Source of the DNA: Eledone cirrhosa
Taxonomy: Eukaryota
Direction: 5' to 3'
DNA: 64,000 nt
Assembly (NCBI GenBank): GCA_964016885.1
Contig: OZ024743.1
Span: forward strand, 283,836,001-283,900,000
A program made the translations under genes and the position numbers. The notes under the pieces were generated by a model that made no database searches, had not been told where the DNA came from, and saw nothing but the letters and a program-made list of their open reading frames with translations. Shown piece by piece: positions 1 through 14,004 of this stretch (the stretch's first letter is position 1; every line of letters starts with the position of its first letter).

Positions 1-103
1 AGGATTGGGCCATCCCCCTTTGTATGTGAATGTCAACATGAAAACAGGAGACACTGTTAACAACTGGGTTGACTCATTGCAAGCTGCTTGGTCTGCTCTT
101 CAG
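1..103 (+). CDS. EDEM1: EDEM1-like (GH47 ER degradation-enhancing alpha-mannosidase-like) internal exon; 5' boundary at or beyond the window edge
   Basis: Translates [34 protein letters not shown], resembling recalled EDEM1 PPLYVNVNM...WIDSLQAFFPGLQ; GT donor at 104; joins in frame to the exon at 10363. Confidence 0.9.
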
Positions 104-163
104 GTTCGTAAGCAAATTATAAAAAATACAAAGTACATTTTTCGAAAGAGATTTATTGTACCC

Positions 164-217
<54 letters not shown>

Positions 218-306
218 AAAATATGAATGTCCCAAAGGCAGAAAATAACTGAAATGAGTTGGTCACTATAAATTGTAGTTGAGAAAATCAGCTAAAATAC
301 CCTTAA

Positions 307-726
307 CCCTTCAGCATTTAAACCGGCCGTATTCGGCCAGAATTCTTTCACCTCTTTCTGTTCAAACCGTCTAATGGGCCACTCACACTGACGTTAAGGA
401 ATTGTTCTCAAAATAAATAAGATCAAAGTCTCATAAGTTCAATATTATGTAAGATAAATCCTTTACCACAAAAATACAATAGTATATATATATAATATAT
501 AATGAAATTATTGTGTAAAGTGCTCAGGTGCACTACAACTTGTCAAAGGTGCATGTATAGTACATAGAATAATACATAAATGTCAGGGAAGTGAATAGTG
601 TATGAGTCATGATATACATGTGTGTATGTGTATGGAGGGGGAACATTAGGTGTAGTGTTGGCGAATCTCGGGAAGCATGGAGGCCTTAAAGGATGCAGTG
701 TCTCGAGTATTGTAAATGCTAAAGGG
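307..726. mobile_element. piggyBac-type MITE (TTAA TSD) carrying an internal retroposon 3' fragment
   Basis: TTAA|CCCTTCAGCATTTA...TAAATGCTAAAGGG|TTAA; homologous to the shorter copy at 9069; ~490-600 is the reverse complement of the repeat at ~8790-8900. Confidence 0.75.
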
Positions 727-981
727 TTAAAGATGGAAAAATGTGAACAATAGCACCTAATGGGAATTGAATCCCCATTTCTCGAATACCTTGTGAGTAC
801 TCTAGAAATACAAAGTTCAATTCCTTGTAGGTGCTTCTGTCCACTTTTTTCTGTCTCTAAGCGTATTTTACTCGATTTTCTCAACCATTATTTATAGTTA
901 TTGACTGTTATTATAGCCATTTTCTGCATTTGGGACACATATTTTCAAATTTCATATCTTCTCAGTGCTCTATAAATCATA

Positions 982-1024
<43 letters not shown>

Positions 1025-2039
1025 TGCAAGCAAGGAAAAGTGGATGTAAAATGAAAATGAGGATGTGAAATAGATTGCCTCAGTTGCATGTGAGGTTCTC
1101 AAGTGTTTTGATAGGTTTTGTTACCTAGCTGATCTAATCAGCAGTTGTTAAGGATGCGCTGAAGCCAGAGTAAGAATGGGCTGGAAGAAGTTTAGGGAGC
1201 TGGTGCTTCTGCTGACAACAAGAGTAGACTGTAATGCTACATGTCACTAAGACATAGGCCTTGACTGCAGAAGAGCTGTTGCTTCTTAGAAACTACTCTC
1301 ACCATCATTGTATATCCTCTACTTTACTCAAGATCACCCAACCCCTTCTCACCTTCTCATCACTCTGTTAAACTTCACCACACTTGTCTTACATCCATAA
1401 TTTATTTTCTCACCCATTATTTGAAACTCAACATCGAACTTGCCAATCAACCCCACCCTTTGTCATTTGCCCTTGATATACCTCTCATCTTTCTTACCTA
1501 CCACATCTTATTCCCACCCTACACCCTCCCATTAGATAGAGAGGTCACTTCAGTCATGTCTATGACTCACAACTACCCTAGTGCTGGTGCACCAATAAAA
1601 TGCACCCAATACTCTCAAAGTGGTTGGGGTTAGGAAGGGCTGTATAAACCATACCAAAAATACCAAACACGCTGCCTTTTACAAGCACACCTGCGGCCCG
1701 CACAAAGGTTTTTATAGCACAAGAATGTTTTATCTTCGTAATATAAAATGAAAAAAATTAGTTGTCATGTATGGCCCTCGGGGAACCCTCAGTTTGATAT
1801 GTCTGGTTTAGAGGACCGTCCGGTCATGACATAATAACCTCTCTAGTGCTAGGGCTGCAAAAAGGGTACCCAATTCATCCTACAATGTGATTGGTGATAG
1901 GAAAGACTCCCAGCTAGAAACCATGCTAAAAAGGGTCGAGAAGACTCTTCAGTTTTGTCAAGGGCACGATGACTTATCCAGTGTTGGTGATCTACATGAT
2001 AAATGCACCCAGTACACTTTGCAAAGTGGTTGGTGATTG

Positions 2040-2620
2040 ATCCATCCAACCCTTGCTACCAGTTATTTTGATCCTTTGTCATATCTACAATGTGGTTCAG
2101 TTTATTGAGGTCAGTCCACACTACTTCATCCTAGGTCTTCCACTTCCAACAGGTTCCTTCACTTCAGGAGCTTGGCATTCCTTTATACAACTGGTATCCT
2201 CCATGCACATCACATGTCCATACCATCACAGCCAATTTTTCCTTCAACTCATTTATACTCAATTGATCATAAACATTAGCATGACATTACACATTCAGCA
2301 GAGCATTCTCACCTCATTTCTTTCCAGTCACTACAGATCTTCTACATTCTTTTTATTATGCAGCTCTTCACTTCATACACAAGTATCATATAGTTTGCCT
2401 TTCAATCTGAGAGAACAACAAAACCTTTAGTTGCTAGTAGAGGTAACAGCTCCCCGAATTTCTTCCATTCCATTATTATTCTGGCTTCTATGCTTTCAGT
2501 ACACCTTTCTTGACTACTAATTTGATCACTTCGGTAACAAAAGCTATCAACTACTTTTAGCATGTTTTTTGAACATTTGATAGAATTTACTTTGTGCATG
2601 TTCTTATTGCTAACCAGTCT
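2040..2620 (-). pseudogene. Degenerate RTE LINE 3' fragment
   Basis: Minus-strand VVDSFCY...CTESIEARI..WKKFGELLPLLATKGF matches the intact RTE C-terminal region. Confidence 0.75.
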
Positions 2621-4329
2621 GCTGACTGCACTTCTCTACAAGGTTTGTACAGCCCTCCATCCACTCTTAGTTTCTTAGCACTTACCAGATCATAAATTGT
2701 TAGACCCTATGAAAGGCATCTAGTTTGACAAATGCTAAATGTAGGGGTTTATCCTATTTCTACAATTATTTCACTAGAAAGATGGCATGGTAGTGCCACT
2801 ACTTGGCACAAATCCTTACTGCATCTGATCTATTTTAGTACTTCTCATGAATTTTGCAATAATTCTGTGATTTTCATATCCTGGTCCAGTAGTTACTATG
2901 TTTGAAGGCATCACCTTTACCCTTGTAGTTGAATATAAAATTGCCATACAAGTCGTTTGGTATGACACCCTCCTATACTACCTGATTGACAATACTAATA
3001 TGGTAATAATAGATAGATGGAAAGTTAACAATCAAATATATGTGTCTGTTATGAGAAGTGAGTGTGTACATGGTTTCAAAGCTATGATGTTGCATGATCA
3101 GTATGATTAGATATAGTTTATATTGTAAATCAATCCATCCAATGCCCGTATCTAAACATGATGATGTTCTGTATCTTCCTCCCTCTCTCTAAATCTTTTT
3201 CTCACACAAAATCACAGTTTGTCACTCTCTTTACTAATCTATTTCTCCCTTTACTTTTGCCTTTTTGAAATGCTTTCACATTACTCTCCTTCTCATAATT
3301 TTGGTCACATTTTCCTTCAAAGAACAGAGACTCTGTAGTGTGGAAATTACTCTTTTAGCCTTGCAGGAGACAAGACAGCATTTTTAGTGTTGGTGCCATG
3401 ATAAAATGCTCTCAGTACACTCTGTAAAGTGGTTGATGATCAAACTGAAACAATGTAGCGAGATCACTTTAGTGCTATAAAGTAGTTGGCGATAGGAAGG
3501 ATCTCCAGCTATAAAATCCATGCCAAAATAAAACATAAATACGAGTCATGGTCTACTGACTCATTTAAGAAGGCATTAACTACAAATAAGAACTGACTCA
3601 GATCATAAGGATTTATCCAGTCTATGTCAGCAGAGAAAGCAGATGTAAAATAATGATGATGACTTAACTCTAAATGTTCTAATCTACATATCTCTAAATA
3701 TATGCAATGAGTAGTATAGTTAGTAAAGTTTGCTGCAGTAAGTAGTGGGAGTATGGTATAATTCATAAGTGTTTCGTTAATTTACAGAGTTGAGGTCAGA
3801 ACCTTCCATAGACCTGGAGAAAGAAACAACAACCCACCCAGTGTATTGTTTCCAAGAAAAATCTGCTACTGCAGGAACATCAACAGCCAGTTTTGACCAA
3901 ATGGAATGTGCCATACTTTGTCGTGCCATATACATTGTATGTGTATGTATGTATGTATGTGTGAGTGTGTTTGAGAAAGTATTTATTCTTCATCTAAAAT
4001 GAATTTGGTGTTATTTAGAGCAATATCAAATATATTTTTTGTACAAAATCTATTAATTTATATGCCCTGTGGTGTGGTATGTAATTTTTTTTGTTTGTTT
4101 GTATGTTTGCATATGTGTATGTATATATATATATCTTGCATTTGGTGTAAATAAACAAAGGGTAGGTTGTAGTATCAAAGTAAATTGTCTAACAAATAAC
4201 CTTACCACTGAGACAATATTTACAAATGTTGTGACACTGGTGCTCTTAGCATCGCTAATGCTCAAAAGAAAGAGGCCTGGAAATGTTACAATTGAAGGCT
4301 GGTGAATAGGAGGAGGAAAGTCTATCTCC

Positions 4330-5470
4330 AACCCATCCAACAGAAGTACCAGCTATTGAAATTGACAGTTGTAGTGTCAAAGAAGCAATCTAAGAGATGA
4401 AAAATTGTAAAGTTGCGGGACTGTCAGAGATAGTTGCCAAGGTGCTAAGAGCTTCGGGAGAAGTAGGAGTCAAACTAGGAACCTACATAGTGAATCAGAT
4501 AATACAGGACGGGGTCATAACCAATGACTGGCACAGCAGTGCAATCATAAATGCTACAAGGGTAAAGGTGATATTTCTAGAAAGGAGCAATTAATGAAGG
4601 TGACATAAAAAGTTATAGTACAGCCAATTAGGGAAAGAGTCAAATTAGATGAGATGCAGTTCGGTTTCATGCCTGGGAAAAGTACTACAGATGTCCTCTT
4701 AGTGAGATAACAAGAAAAGAAGTTCCTAGCCAAGAGTAAACCACTACATTTAGCTTTTGTTGATCTAGAAAAGGCCTTTGACAGAGTACCTTGATTTATT
4801 ATCTGGTGGTCCTTAAGAAAAATGGCTTGTAAGAGCAGTTCAAGCCATGTACAAAGGAGCTGTCAGTAAGAAGTGAGTTTAGTGAGAAATTCAAGGTACA
4901 AGTAGAGTTCAGTTCTTAGCCCACTACTATTTGTCATAGTTCTCCAGGCCATTACCGAAGTGTTTAAGACTCGTTGTCCATGGGAACTTCTCTGGTCCTT
5001 ATAGCTGAATCCATAAAAGAACTAGAGAATAAGTTCTGACTATGGAAACAATTTAGAATCAAAAGGTCTGAGAGTAAACTTAGCCAAAACTAAAGTCCTA
5101 ATAAGTAGGAAAGAAGATAGGACCCTGATTCCTTCAGGGAAGTGGCCCTTGTAGAAAAGATGTAGGCATAAACTCTATACGATGTAGTACACAATGTAAA
5201 TCTTTGGTACACAAGTGATGTAGTAACAGGTAGACTAACAGAAAAGAAAGACTTTGTATGTAAAAGATGCATAGGGGTAATCATTGGGAAGAGTGCCACT
5301 GATATAAACCTTTTCCAATCACATGAAGGATTTATATAAGTGATTAATAGCTTCTGCTATCTAGGTGACCTAATTATCAGTGGAGGAGGGTGCATCAACA
5401 GCATAATAGCTGGAAGAAGTTTAGAGAGCTAGTCCCACTGTTGACAACAATAGGTTTCTCTCTTCATACA
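4330..5470 (+). pseudogene. Degenerate RTE (PHD-type family) RT fragment
   Basis: Broken [46 protein letters not shown] and WKKFREL motifs with stops and frameshifts. Confidence 0.85.
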
Positions 5471-5525
5471 AAAAATATATATAAATAGCCTTGCTCTAAA
5501 TAACCTTAACACTATTTTAGATTAT

Positions 5526-5582
<57 letters not shown>

Positions 5583-6309
5583 GGAATGGCCTGCTATTGA
5601 CCTAGTGGGGGCAGTATCACTAGTATGGAAAGTGGATGTAAAATGATGGTGATGATTATTATATATAAATAACCTTAAACTTTTTTTAGACTAAGGCTTA
5701 TTTATTTTTATTTATAAATATATATATATATATCTATATTCCTGATGATTTCATATGAATGGAACAGTTCTATCCTGTAGAAGCCATTTCTATATATAAT
5801 AAAGATGCCTATACTTTACCAATGTATTGAGTACCTTTTTTAATTGTGGTTATCCCTCAACACAACTTGGGAATATATCAAGTTGGGCAGTTCAGTATAA
5901 TTTTCTTATTGCTCAAAGTTTTTAATTGTATATGGTTTTGGAATAAAATACAATTTAACTTCTCCCTAGAAACCACCATTGCTTTAGAAATTCAATATTG
6001 TTTTATATTTTTCAACTAGAAACATGTATTAATTATAATAACATTGTTTTATGTACTCTTTCCTGTATTTATACTTGGTACATAAAACTGTAACTTGTTT
6101 ACATATGTGCTGGTTTTGGTATGACTTCTATGGCTGGATGCCCTTCCTATCACTAACCATTTTACAGAGTGTATTGGGTATGTTTTATCATGGTACAGAC
6201 AGTGGAGAGGTTGTCCTCTCCTTGGTACAACTGCAGAGTCCTCTAGCATTGTTTCTATGACTGGATGTCCTTCCTATCACCAACCACTACAGAGTGTACT
6301 GGGTCTTCT

Positions 6310-7660
6310 TCTTCGCCCACTTATTCCTGAAAGGGTTGTGGAGGCAGAGTCCAGCTGGTCTGGTCCTGGCAGAAACAACTCTCTCCAATGATCTGGCTTG
6401 ATCTCCAAGTGAGACCAACCTAGCTCATGGATGTTATCCAACCATCTTGCTTGGTATCTACCCCTGGGTCTCCTGCCAGTTGGTTTTGCCTGTAAAATCT
6501 GCCTTGTGATTCTTTCCTGAGATATTCTAACACCATGCCCCTAGGATTGGAGCTGTGATCTCTCAATTCAGACAAGTAACGGTTCTACCTGGAGTGACTC
6601 TGATCTCTGAGTTATGCACTCTATCAAGTAACTTCACTCCAAAGACTCTTCAGGGTAACCTCATTTCGGTTGCTTGTATTCACGATCGTATTCTTTCAGT
6701 CATTACCCAAGATTCGTGACCACAAGTAAGGGTTGGCATGAATACAGAATTGAAGATAGCGAGTTTGTCTTTTACACTTACCTCCCTTCTGATTACCGAA
6801 TGTTGAAGCTGGCACATTACTACACCAGCTCCTACAATTCATGTACTTAATTCAGCCTCCTGCTTTCAATCACTCGTGAACTCAGTCCTGAGGTACTTGA
6901 ACTTCTCCACCTACTTCAGTGTAACTCGATTCACATGTAGAGTGCATTGTGCAGGCTTCCTTGAGAGGACAAGTGTCTCAGTTTTTGCAGCACTGATTTT
7001 CATTGCAACCATGCAGCACTCAGCATCAAACCTATCAAGTACAAGTCGGAAATCACCTTCTGTCGAGTTAAATAACACCATGTGGTCAGCAAATTCCAGC
7101 TGACGGATTTTACACCTGCCAGTCATAATACCACTTCCAACCTGGCTGCACTGTCAATCCTGTTCATGAAAATAATGAAGGGGAGAGGTGACAGTACGCA
7201 CCCTTGGTAGAGTCTGACTCCCATGTTGTATGGTTTCAATTTAGCACCATTTATCTGAACACAAATATTCGAGCATTCATATACAGACATCAGGTCAGCA
7301 AGATGCTGACCCTCAATCCCATACTCCTGCAGAACTTTCCACAGCAGGTCCCAAGGAACATGATTATATGGCTTGACTAGGTCTACAAAACAAGAATATG
7401 GCTCTTGGCAATACTCCCACAATTTTTCAAGAACCTGCCGCAGTGTGAATATTTGGTCATCCGTGCAGCACTATTCATCAGCTAACTTGGACTCGACAAT
7501 CTCCCTACATCTCTTTGCCAGACACTTAGCATAGACTTCACAAGATCTGTAATTGAACAATCTCTCTTGTCTCCCTTTTTGAAAATTGTAATTATTACTC
7601 CCAATTGCCATTGCTTAGGTACCTTTCCAGAAATCTAGGCCACTCAGCACACACGAGTCA
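6310..7660 (-). pseudogene. Degenerate RTE LINE of a different family (RT plus 3' end)
   Basis: Minus-strand CFVDLVKPYNHVP, QGCVLSPL.FIIFM, LEFADHMVL, MKISAAKTETLV; 3' part homologous to 22420-22720. Confidence 0.8.
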
Positions 7661-7682
7661 GCCAGAGGCTATATTATATATA

Positions 7683-8610
7683 TCATCATCATTGTTTTAA
7701 CATCCGCTTTCTCTGCTAGCAAGGGTTGAAAGGCACCAGCTCTCTTAACTTTTTCCAGCCTGTTCTTATCCTAGCTATCACACTTTCGGTGCATCCTTCC
7801 CCATTGCTAATTTGATATCCTAGGTAGCAAAAGCTGTCAGCTACTTCTAGGGAGCCTACCTCCTTGTGCTCACTTCTATCTTCTCCATCAGCCTGACTGC
7901 AACTCCACCACATCTCTTTATACGTCCATAAATTACATTGTGTACACTTTATGGAATTATTGCCCACCCCTTCCTAACATCGAACAAAGCCTCTTTCCTG
8001 ATGGTATCACTATCCTGTCTTCTTTTCTACTTAAGACTTTCATCTTTGCTAAATTTACTTTTAGGCCTTTCAACTTATGCTTAAAATTTTGCCTCTAACT
8101 CTCCTATGGATTAAGGTATGAAGACTAGGTCATTCTCAGTGATGGCCTGAAGTACAATGATAAACAGGAATGGGCTGAGGACTGATCCCTGGTAGACCCC
8201 CACCTGCACTTCAAATTCATCACTGTACTCATTGCCAACTCTCACTCAGCTGGCTGCTCCTCTATACATGGCCACACAGCCCTCACAAGCCATTCATCTA
8301 CACTTAGCTTCCTAAGTGCTCACCAGATTATAGAGAATGGAACCATGTCAAAGGCCTTCTCCAAATGCTAGATACTGTGGCTTACTCTTAGCTAAGTATC
8401 TCTCCTGTAGTTGTCTCACCAGAAAGAGGGCATCAGATGTACCCCTACCTGGTATAAATCCAAACTGTATTTCATCTAGATTCTTTTCCTGATTAGTTGT
8501 GCTATAACCTTTTCAGCAACTTTCATGACTTGGTCCATCAACTTTCATGACTTGGTCCATCAACTTGATGTCTCTGTAGTTACCTCTCTCTAGTACATAT
8601 CCTTTCCCTT
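7683..8610 (-). pseudogene. Degenerate RTE (PHD-type) fragment with (GAT)n tail
   Basis: NSIKCTQCNLW..., DSFCYLGYQISNGEGCTESVIARIRTGWKKLREL; ATC repeats at ~7683. Confidence 0.8.
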
Positions 8611-9068
8611 CTAGCAAATACACACACCATATGTATGTACATACATATAAACATGCAATGCACACACATATTACTGATGTTTGTGCATTGCCCTATGTAC
8701 TGTACATGCACTTTTTTGATGGGTTGTGGTGCACCTGGGCACTGTGCACAATATTTCATTATTGTTATTGTTATTATATCATGACTCATACACTGTTTAT
8801 TTTCCTGACATTTGTACATTATTCTATGTACTATACATGCACCTTTGATGAGTTGTAGTACACCTGAGCACTGTACACAATAATTTCATTATTATTATTA
8901 TATTGTACCTCTTTATTAGTAATGTAGTGATGTTCCATACAATTATTTCAATGTTGCACAATATCTAGCTAGAGTATTTGTCTTAAAATATTTCATTAAA
9001 TTTAAATATTGTAGACTAAAAGTTACTCTTTACATTTGGTGGGACTTCATTTTTTTTTTGTAGTTTAA

Positions 9069-9251
9069 CCCTTTAGCATTTAAACCAGCCATATCCGACC
9101 AGAATTCTCTCACCTCTTTCTGTTCAAACCAGCAATAACTGGCCCCTCATACCAACATTAAGGTATTCTTCTCAAAATAAATATCAAAATTAGATTCAAA
9201 ATTACTGTGAAAATACAATAGTGTATATAGAGTAATGTAAATGCTAAAGGG
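9069..9251. mobile_element. piggyBac-type MITE, second copy
   Basis: TTAA|CCCTTTAGCATTTA...TAAATGCTAAAGGG|TTAA: perfect TIRs and TTAA duplication. Confidence 0.8.
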
Positions 9252-10149
9252 TTAAAAGTAGATTAGGGATTTATATGAAGTGTTAATTCTTTGTATTGAT
9301 CTATAAGAATTTATCATAATTTGTATGATCTTGTTGGGAAAAGAATTTGAAGATCAGGGGATCAAGTTTGAAAGAAAGGCTTAACCCTGTTGTTCCCATA
9401 TTTCTAATAAAATATGCTGCCAGTATGTTTTAACTTATATTGAAAATAATGAAGAATTTGGAGGAATTTAGTAACATATCTTAACTTTCTCATTATGAAG
9501 CTGATGTTTGTAACATTACTTAACAAAAGTTTCTTGTATAAGATTTAATTTAAAATTTTACTTTAAAATGAACAGTTGTTTAACACAGAACCATTGGCAG
9601 TTTAAGGTGAGTTGGTATCAAAAGTGTTGACAGGATAGCAATTTTTTTAACCACTGAATCTATCTTTACTCATTTATATTAGCGGACATTTGGCCTTGTA
9701 GATGTTAAGCTGAAAAGCTATAACTACTTGGATCTTACAAAATCAGACCCACATAAAATCCACATGCAGAAAATATTTGTTTTCTATGAACTTGCTTTCT
9801 TCGTACTGCTTTCCCTTCTAGCCTAAATCCAAATAGATTGTTGTTATCAACCTAAAATCCTGAGCACTCACCTACAATAACCATTGACCAGACAATGACA
9901 TATGACTTCCATCAAGATGTCTTTTAACCTTATTTTTAATATGGATGGTATAATGTTTATGAGTTCAAACAGTTGCTTATCACTATAGCAAGTATTTTCA
10001 GTTATCGTCATCTTTGCTGATATCCACTCGACAGTAAGGTGCTTTGCTCAGAATCTCACTATAATTGCTATAGTAAGGTTTAAAATTTAGGATCATACAT
10101 ACTGTCAGTAGTCTAGCAATGCTAAATTACTGGTATCTTCAACTCTCTT

Positions 10150-10293
10150 TACAAGGGTCAGCTGAAAAGTTCATAAGCTAACCAAGATACTCTCATGGAA
10201 AGAAACAATGCAGTTATTAACAAGAAGAGTTGAAATTAACTCATGCAAGATTTCATCACAGTCAGCCTATGAACTTTTCAGCCTATCCTCATA
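10150..10293. mobile_element. Mariner-type MITE
   Basis: Imperfect ~30-bp TIRs TACAAGGGTCAGCTGAAAAGTTCATAAGCT / AGCCTATGAACTTTTCAGCCTATCCTCATA with TA ends. Confidence 0.6.
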
Positions 10294-10362
10294 TTATTTT
10301 ATGAATTAGTCACATCTTTATTATCAGTTGACCTCAATTTAATATACTGTCTTATATTATAG

Positions 10363-10607
10363 GTGCTTAATGGAGATGTTGAAGAAGCAATATGTACTCA
10401 TGCATTCTTTCATACAATTTGGAAGAAATACGGAGTTCTTCCTGAACGTTTCAACTGGCAGTTCAAAGCAACTGATTTGCAGTTTTACCCACTTCGTCCG
10501 GAATTGGTTGAGTCAACATACTTCCTTTATCAAGCTACAAGAAACCCCTTCTACCTCCATGTTGGCAAGGAAATTATCCACAGTCTCAACACGCACACAA
10601 GAACCAA
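10363..10607 (+). CDS. EDEM1: EDEM1-like exon with the GH47 YPLRPE catalytic motif
   Basis: AG acceptor 10361-10362; [32 protein letters not shown]...[28 protein letters not shown]; GTAAGT donor at 10608 (phase 2). Confidence 0.95.
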
Positions 10608-11104
10608 GTAAGTGCTTTAAGTAATCATCTCACCTAAAGAATATTGTTCTAGTTAACAAACCTTTGAAAATGTTATTGCATAAATATCTATAAACAGTTG
10701 ATTTTGCCACTGAAGAGATCTCTAAGTAGGTCAATTACCAAAAGACAATTATATGAAAACCAGTGACATAGAATTGTAAGTCCAAAGATTTTTAAAGAGA
10801 CCTCTGGATTGAACATGCTGAGACAAGACAGGTCAGATTTCCTTGTCTTGCTCATATGTTCTAGTTTTGTATGGTTTCTATCACTGGATGCTCTTTCTAA
10901 TGCCAATCACTTGACAGCAGTGACTGGATGCATTTTATTGCGACACCAACACTACTAATTTTACATGTGGTCTGGGTGGATTTTTTTGTGGCACTACCAC
11001 CAGTATGATTGAAGTGTTCTCAGCCAGATAGTGAGGGATAGTGTTGGGAGGGAGAGGGCGTTTCATCTTCCCTACATAGGAGGGTGGGTCTCTTATAGTA
11101 TGGC

Positions 11105-11674
11105 AAATCACCATATACAGGACCAGAAAGAAAATCGTGTCGAAATTTGCCAAGAATTCAAATGGAGTGCAGCAGATGAGCTATCATTAATGTCAATGAT
11201 CATCTCTGGTGAGGAGTCTTGGGTTTACAGGTATGATCTAGAAGAGTCCATCATCTCCATGACTGGAGGTGTGACAGAGCTGCAGTTCAATCAAGAGCAT
11301 GTTCATCGTCTGGATCTGTGCCACACAAAGAACTGGATTCTCCATGACCACAATGCCCCCTGCCACTGAGCACCATGAGTTTCTCTCCAGGCACAACATG
11401 CCATCACTTCCGCATCTGCCCTACTCACCAGATTTAGCTCCTGCGGACTTCATTCTTTTCCAAAAGGTGAAAATCAACCTCAAAGGTGGCCGTTTTAACA
11501 CCATTGTCAAGATCTAGCACGAATCGCAGAAGGTTCTCAACAAGCTTACAAAAGATTACTTTGAGGAGTGGCAGAAAAGCTGGGATCGTTGCATTGCTAC
11601 ACAAGGGGACTATTTTAAAAGAGATGGTGTTTAAATAAAAAGCTAGTCCGGAAACCTTTTGACTTAACCTCGTG
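11105..11674 (+). pseudogene. Deleted mariner (DD34D) transposase remnant with 3' TIR
   Basis: DQKENRVEICQE, IISGEESWVYRYD, WILHDHNAPCH, LPHLPYSPDLAPADF and LKGGRF across frames; TIR-like ...GACTTAACCTCGTG at ~11645-11674. Confidence 0.85.
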
Positions 11675-11793
11675 TGTATAAATAATTTCTTTAATTTCTT
11701 TAGTCAAAATACGGCGATAGCTTACATTTCTAATAATTTCAAACCCACTCGCTGTTTCGAAAATATTCTTACTATATATATATATATATATAT

Positions 11794-12960
11794 ATGGAAG
11801 CATGGCCTAGAATCAAAAGGCCTTAAAATTAACCTGGCTAAGACTAAAGTTCTAGTTTGTAGGAAAGAAAATAAGGCGCCGGTCCCTTCCGGGAAATGGC
11901 CATGCTCAGTGTGTAGGAAAGGCGTAGGTAGAAACTCCATTTTATGTCCCAAATGCAAAGTATGGGTGCATAAAAGATGTAGTGGGATCACAGGTAAGCT
12001 AACTAAGAACATAGATTTTACATGTGGCCGGTGCTCTGGTGCAATAAGTAGCAGCAAGTGCCCACAAAATACTAGCTCTTTCAATTGCGCAGAGGGTTCT
12101 ATAGAAATAGTGGACAGCTTCCGTTACCTGGGTGACAAAATCAGCAGTGGGGGAGGGTGCTCTGAAAGTACAGTAGCTAGAGTCAGAACTGGATGGAAAA
12201 AGTTCAGAGAGCTTATACCACTATTAGCCGCTAAAGGGTTCTCCCTAAAAATGAAAGGCAGGTTGTATGATGCTTGCATACGAACAGCAATGTTGCATGG
12301 CAGTGAGACCTGGGCATTGTGTGCAGAGGATATACGCAGACTGGAGAGAAACGAAGCTTGCATTCTCCGCTGGATGTGTAATAGTAATATACGTGAACGG
12401 CAAAGCATAAACGAACTAAGGAAAAAATTAGAAATAAGAGGGATCAGATGTTGTTTACTCGAGAGAAGGCTACGTTGGTATGGTCACGTGATGTGCATGA
12501 AAGACGACAGCTGTATAACAAAGTGCAGGGCAATAAAGATAGACGGTAGCCACGGAGTAGGCAGACCCAGAAGAACCGCCTTACCTAAATACAAAGTAAA
12601 ACCTACTACAGTCAGTAGGCATCTCTAACAAAATACACCACCCCATCCACACCGCCCCTTTCAATGTAAAGTTATGTTGGTGCCACAACATCCAGGCCGA
12701 AACAAATGAGATCGTGTAGGTGTCACGACAAAAAAACACACAGTTCACGCTGTAATGTGGCCGTGTAGGCAACACGGTAAAAACCTCCCAGCCCCACACT
12801 GTAAATGTGGTTGGTGTTAGGAAGGGCATCCAACTGTAGAAAACCCGCCAGACAGTCCTATGCGAGCAATGACAACCACTCTTGCCTCAAGTGGGAAAAC
12901 TTCCGTCCAAACCCATGCAAGCGTGGAACATGGACGTTAAACGATGATGATGATGATGAT
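11794..12960 (+). mobile_element. 5'-truncated young RTE-PHD copy (subfamily of 58017-61790) inside an EDEM1 intron
   Basis: Near-identical to 60385-61790 with an internal deletion at ~12572; (TA)n on the 5' side, (GAT)n tail then ATAT. Confidence 0.93.
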
Positions 12961-12965
12961 ATATA

Positions 12966-13342
12966 TGAATTTTCGTAGGATTCTCAGTGTGATGGGTAGT
13001 TGTAAACAGCTGATTACTATATGTATAGTAAAAAGTCTGGTTAAGATATAACCACATATTTAACGGAGAGAGGGAGTGAAAGGCAGAAAGTGAGTCTAAA
13101 GTATGAGCTGAGAAATGAGAAGGGTATAGAGAAGAGAGGAAGAGAATCTCTTCTTCTCTTGTCTTCTCTCTCTCCATACCCCTCTCATTTCTCATCTAAT
13201 GCTTTAGACTCTCTTTCTTCCTTTCTCTCCCTCACTCCCTCTCTCCATTCAATATGTGGTTATATTTTAACCCGACTTTTTACTACACATATAGTAATCA
13301 GATGTATACAGCGATCCATCACGCTGAGAATCTTGGAATTCT
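12966..13342. repeat. Degenerate ~375-bp foldback inverted repeat
   Basis: GATTCTCAGTGTGATGG...TGATTACTATATGTATAGTAAAAAGTC...ATAACCACATATT is mirrored by AATATGTGGTTATA...GACTTTTTACTACACATATAGTAATCA...CCATCACGCTGAGAATC. Confidence 0.85.
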
Positions 13343-13606
13343 ATGAAAAGTCTTTCCCTTATTATAAAATACCATATCTCAGATACTATTTCAGGTTTTA
13401 TTTTTTCATTAATTTGATTTATAAATTTCAAGTTTAAAATTTTTCTGAACATGCTTTACATTTTTCTTCTACAGGAAGTAGTTGTAATTTTCAGTAACAA
13501 AATGGCATCTTGTTTATGTTTTGCTTAAAGGTTTATAATCAAGGAAAGACTTTGTTCACCCTGTGTATATATATATAATCTTTTGAAAATCTATGTTTTT
13601 TAACAG

Positions 13607-13703
13607 GTGTGGTTATGCAACCATCCACAATGTTCATCGAATGGACCAAGAAGACCGTATGGAAAGTTTTTTTCTTAGTGAAACTTGTAAATATTTATAT
13701 CTG
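13607..13703 (+). CDS. EDEM1: EDEM1-like exon ([17 protein letters not shown])
   Basis: Acceptor ttttttaacag; first G completes the AAG codon from the previous exon; [32 protein letters not shown]; GTAAGT donor at 13704. Confidence 0.95.
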
Positions 13704-14004
13704 GTAAGTTTAAACAGCTTCCACATGAATTACTACTTTATCCTTATCTTAAATTTTACTGTCAATATAAACAATTTAAATTTATATGTATACTTGCAAA
13801 GTACCCATAAAAAAATGACAGGATTTATAGTAAAAAATATTTGATTTAATAATTGCTTGATTACAACATTCTATGTAAAAATGCTTGAATCCTCAATTTT
13901 TCTTGACCTCCCACTTGTTACCACAGCTATTGCCCTATTACATTTTACATTCATTAAAATCAATTACAGTAACTTTCTTCCATATTTTCCTTAACCATTA
14001 TCAA

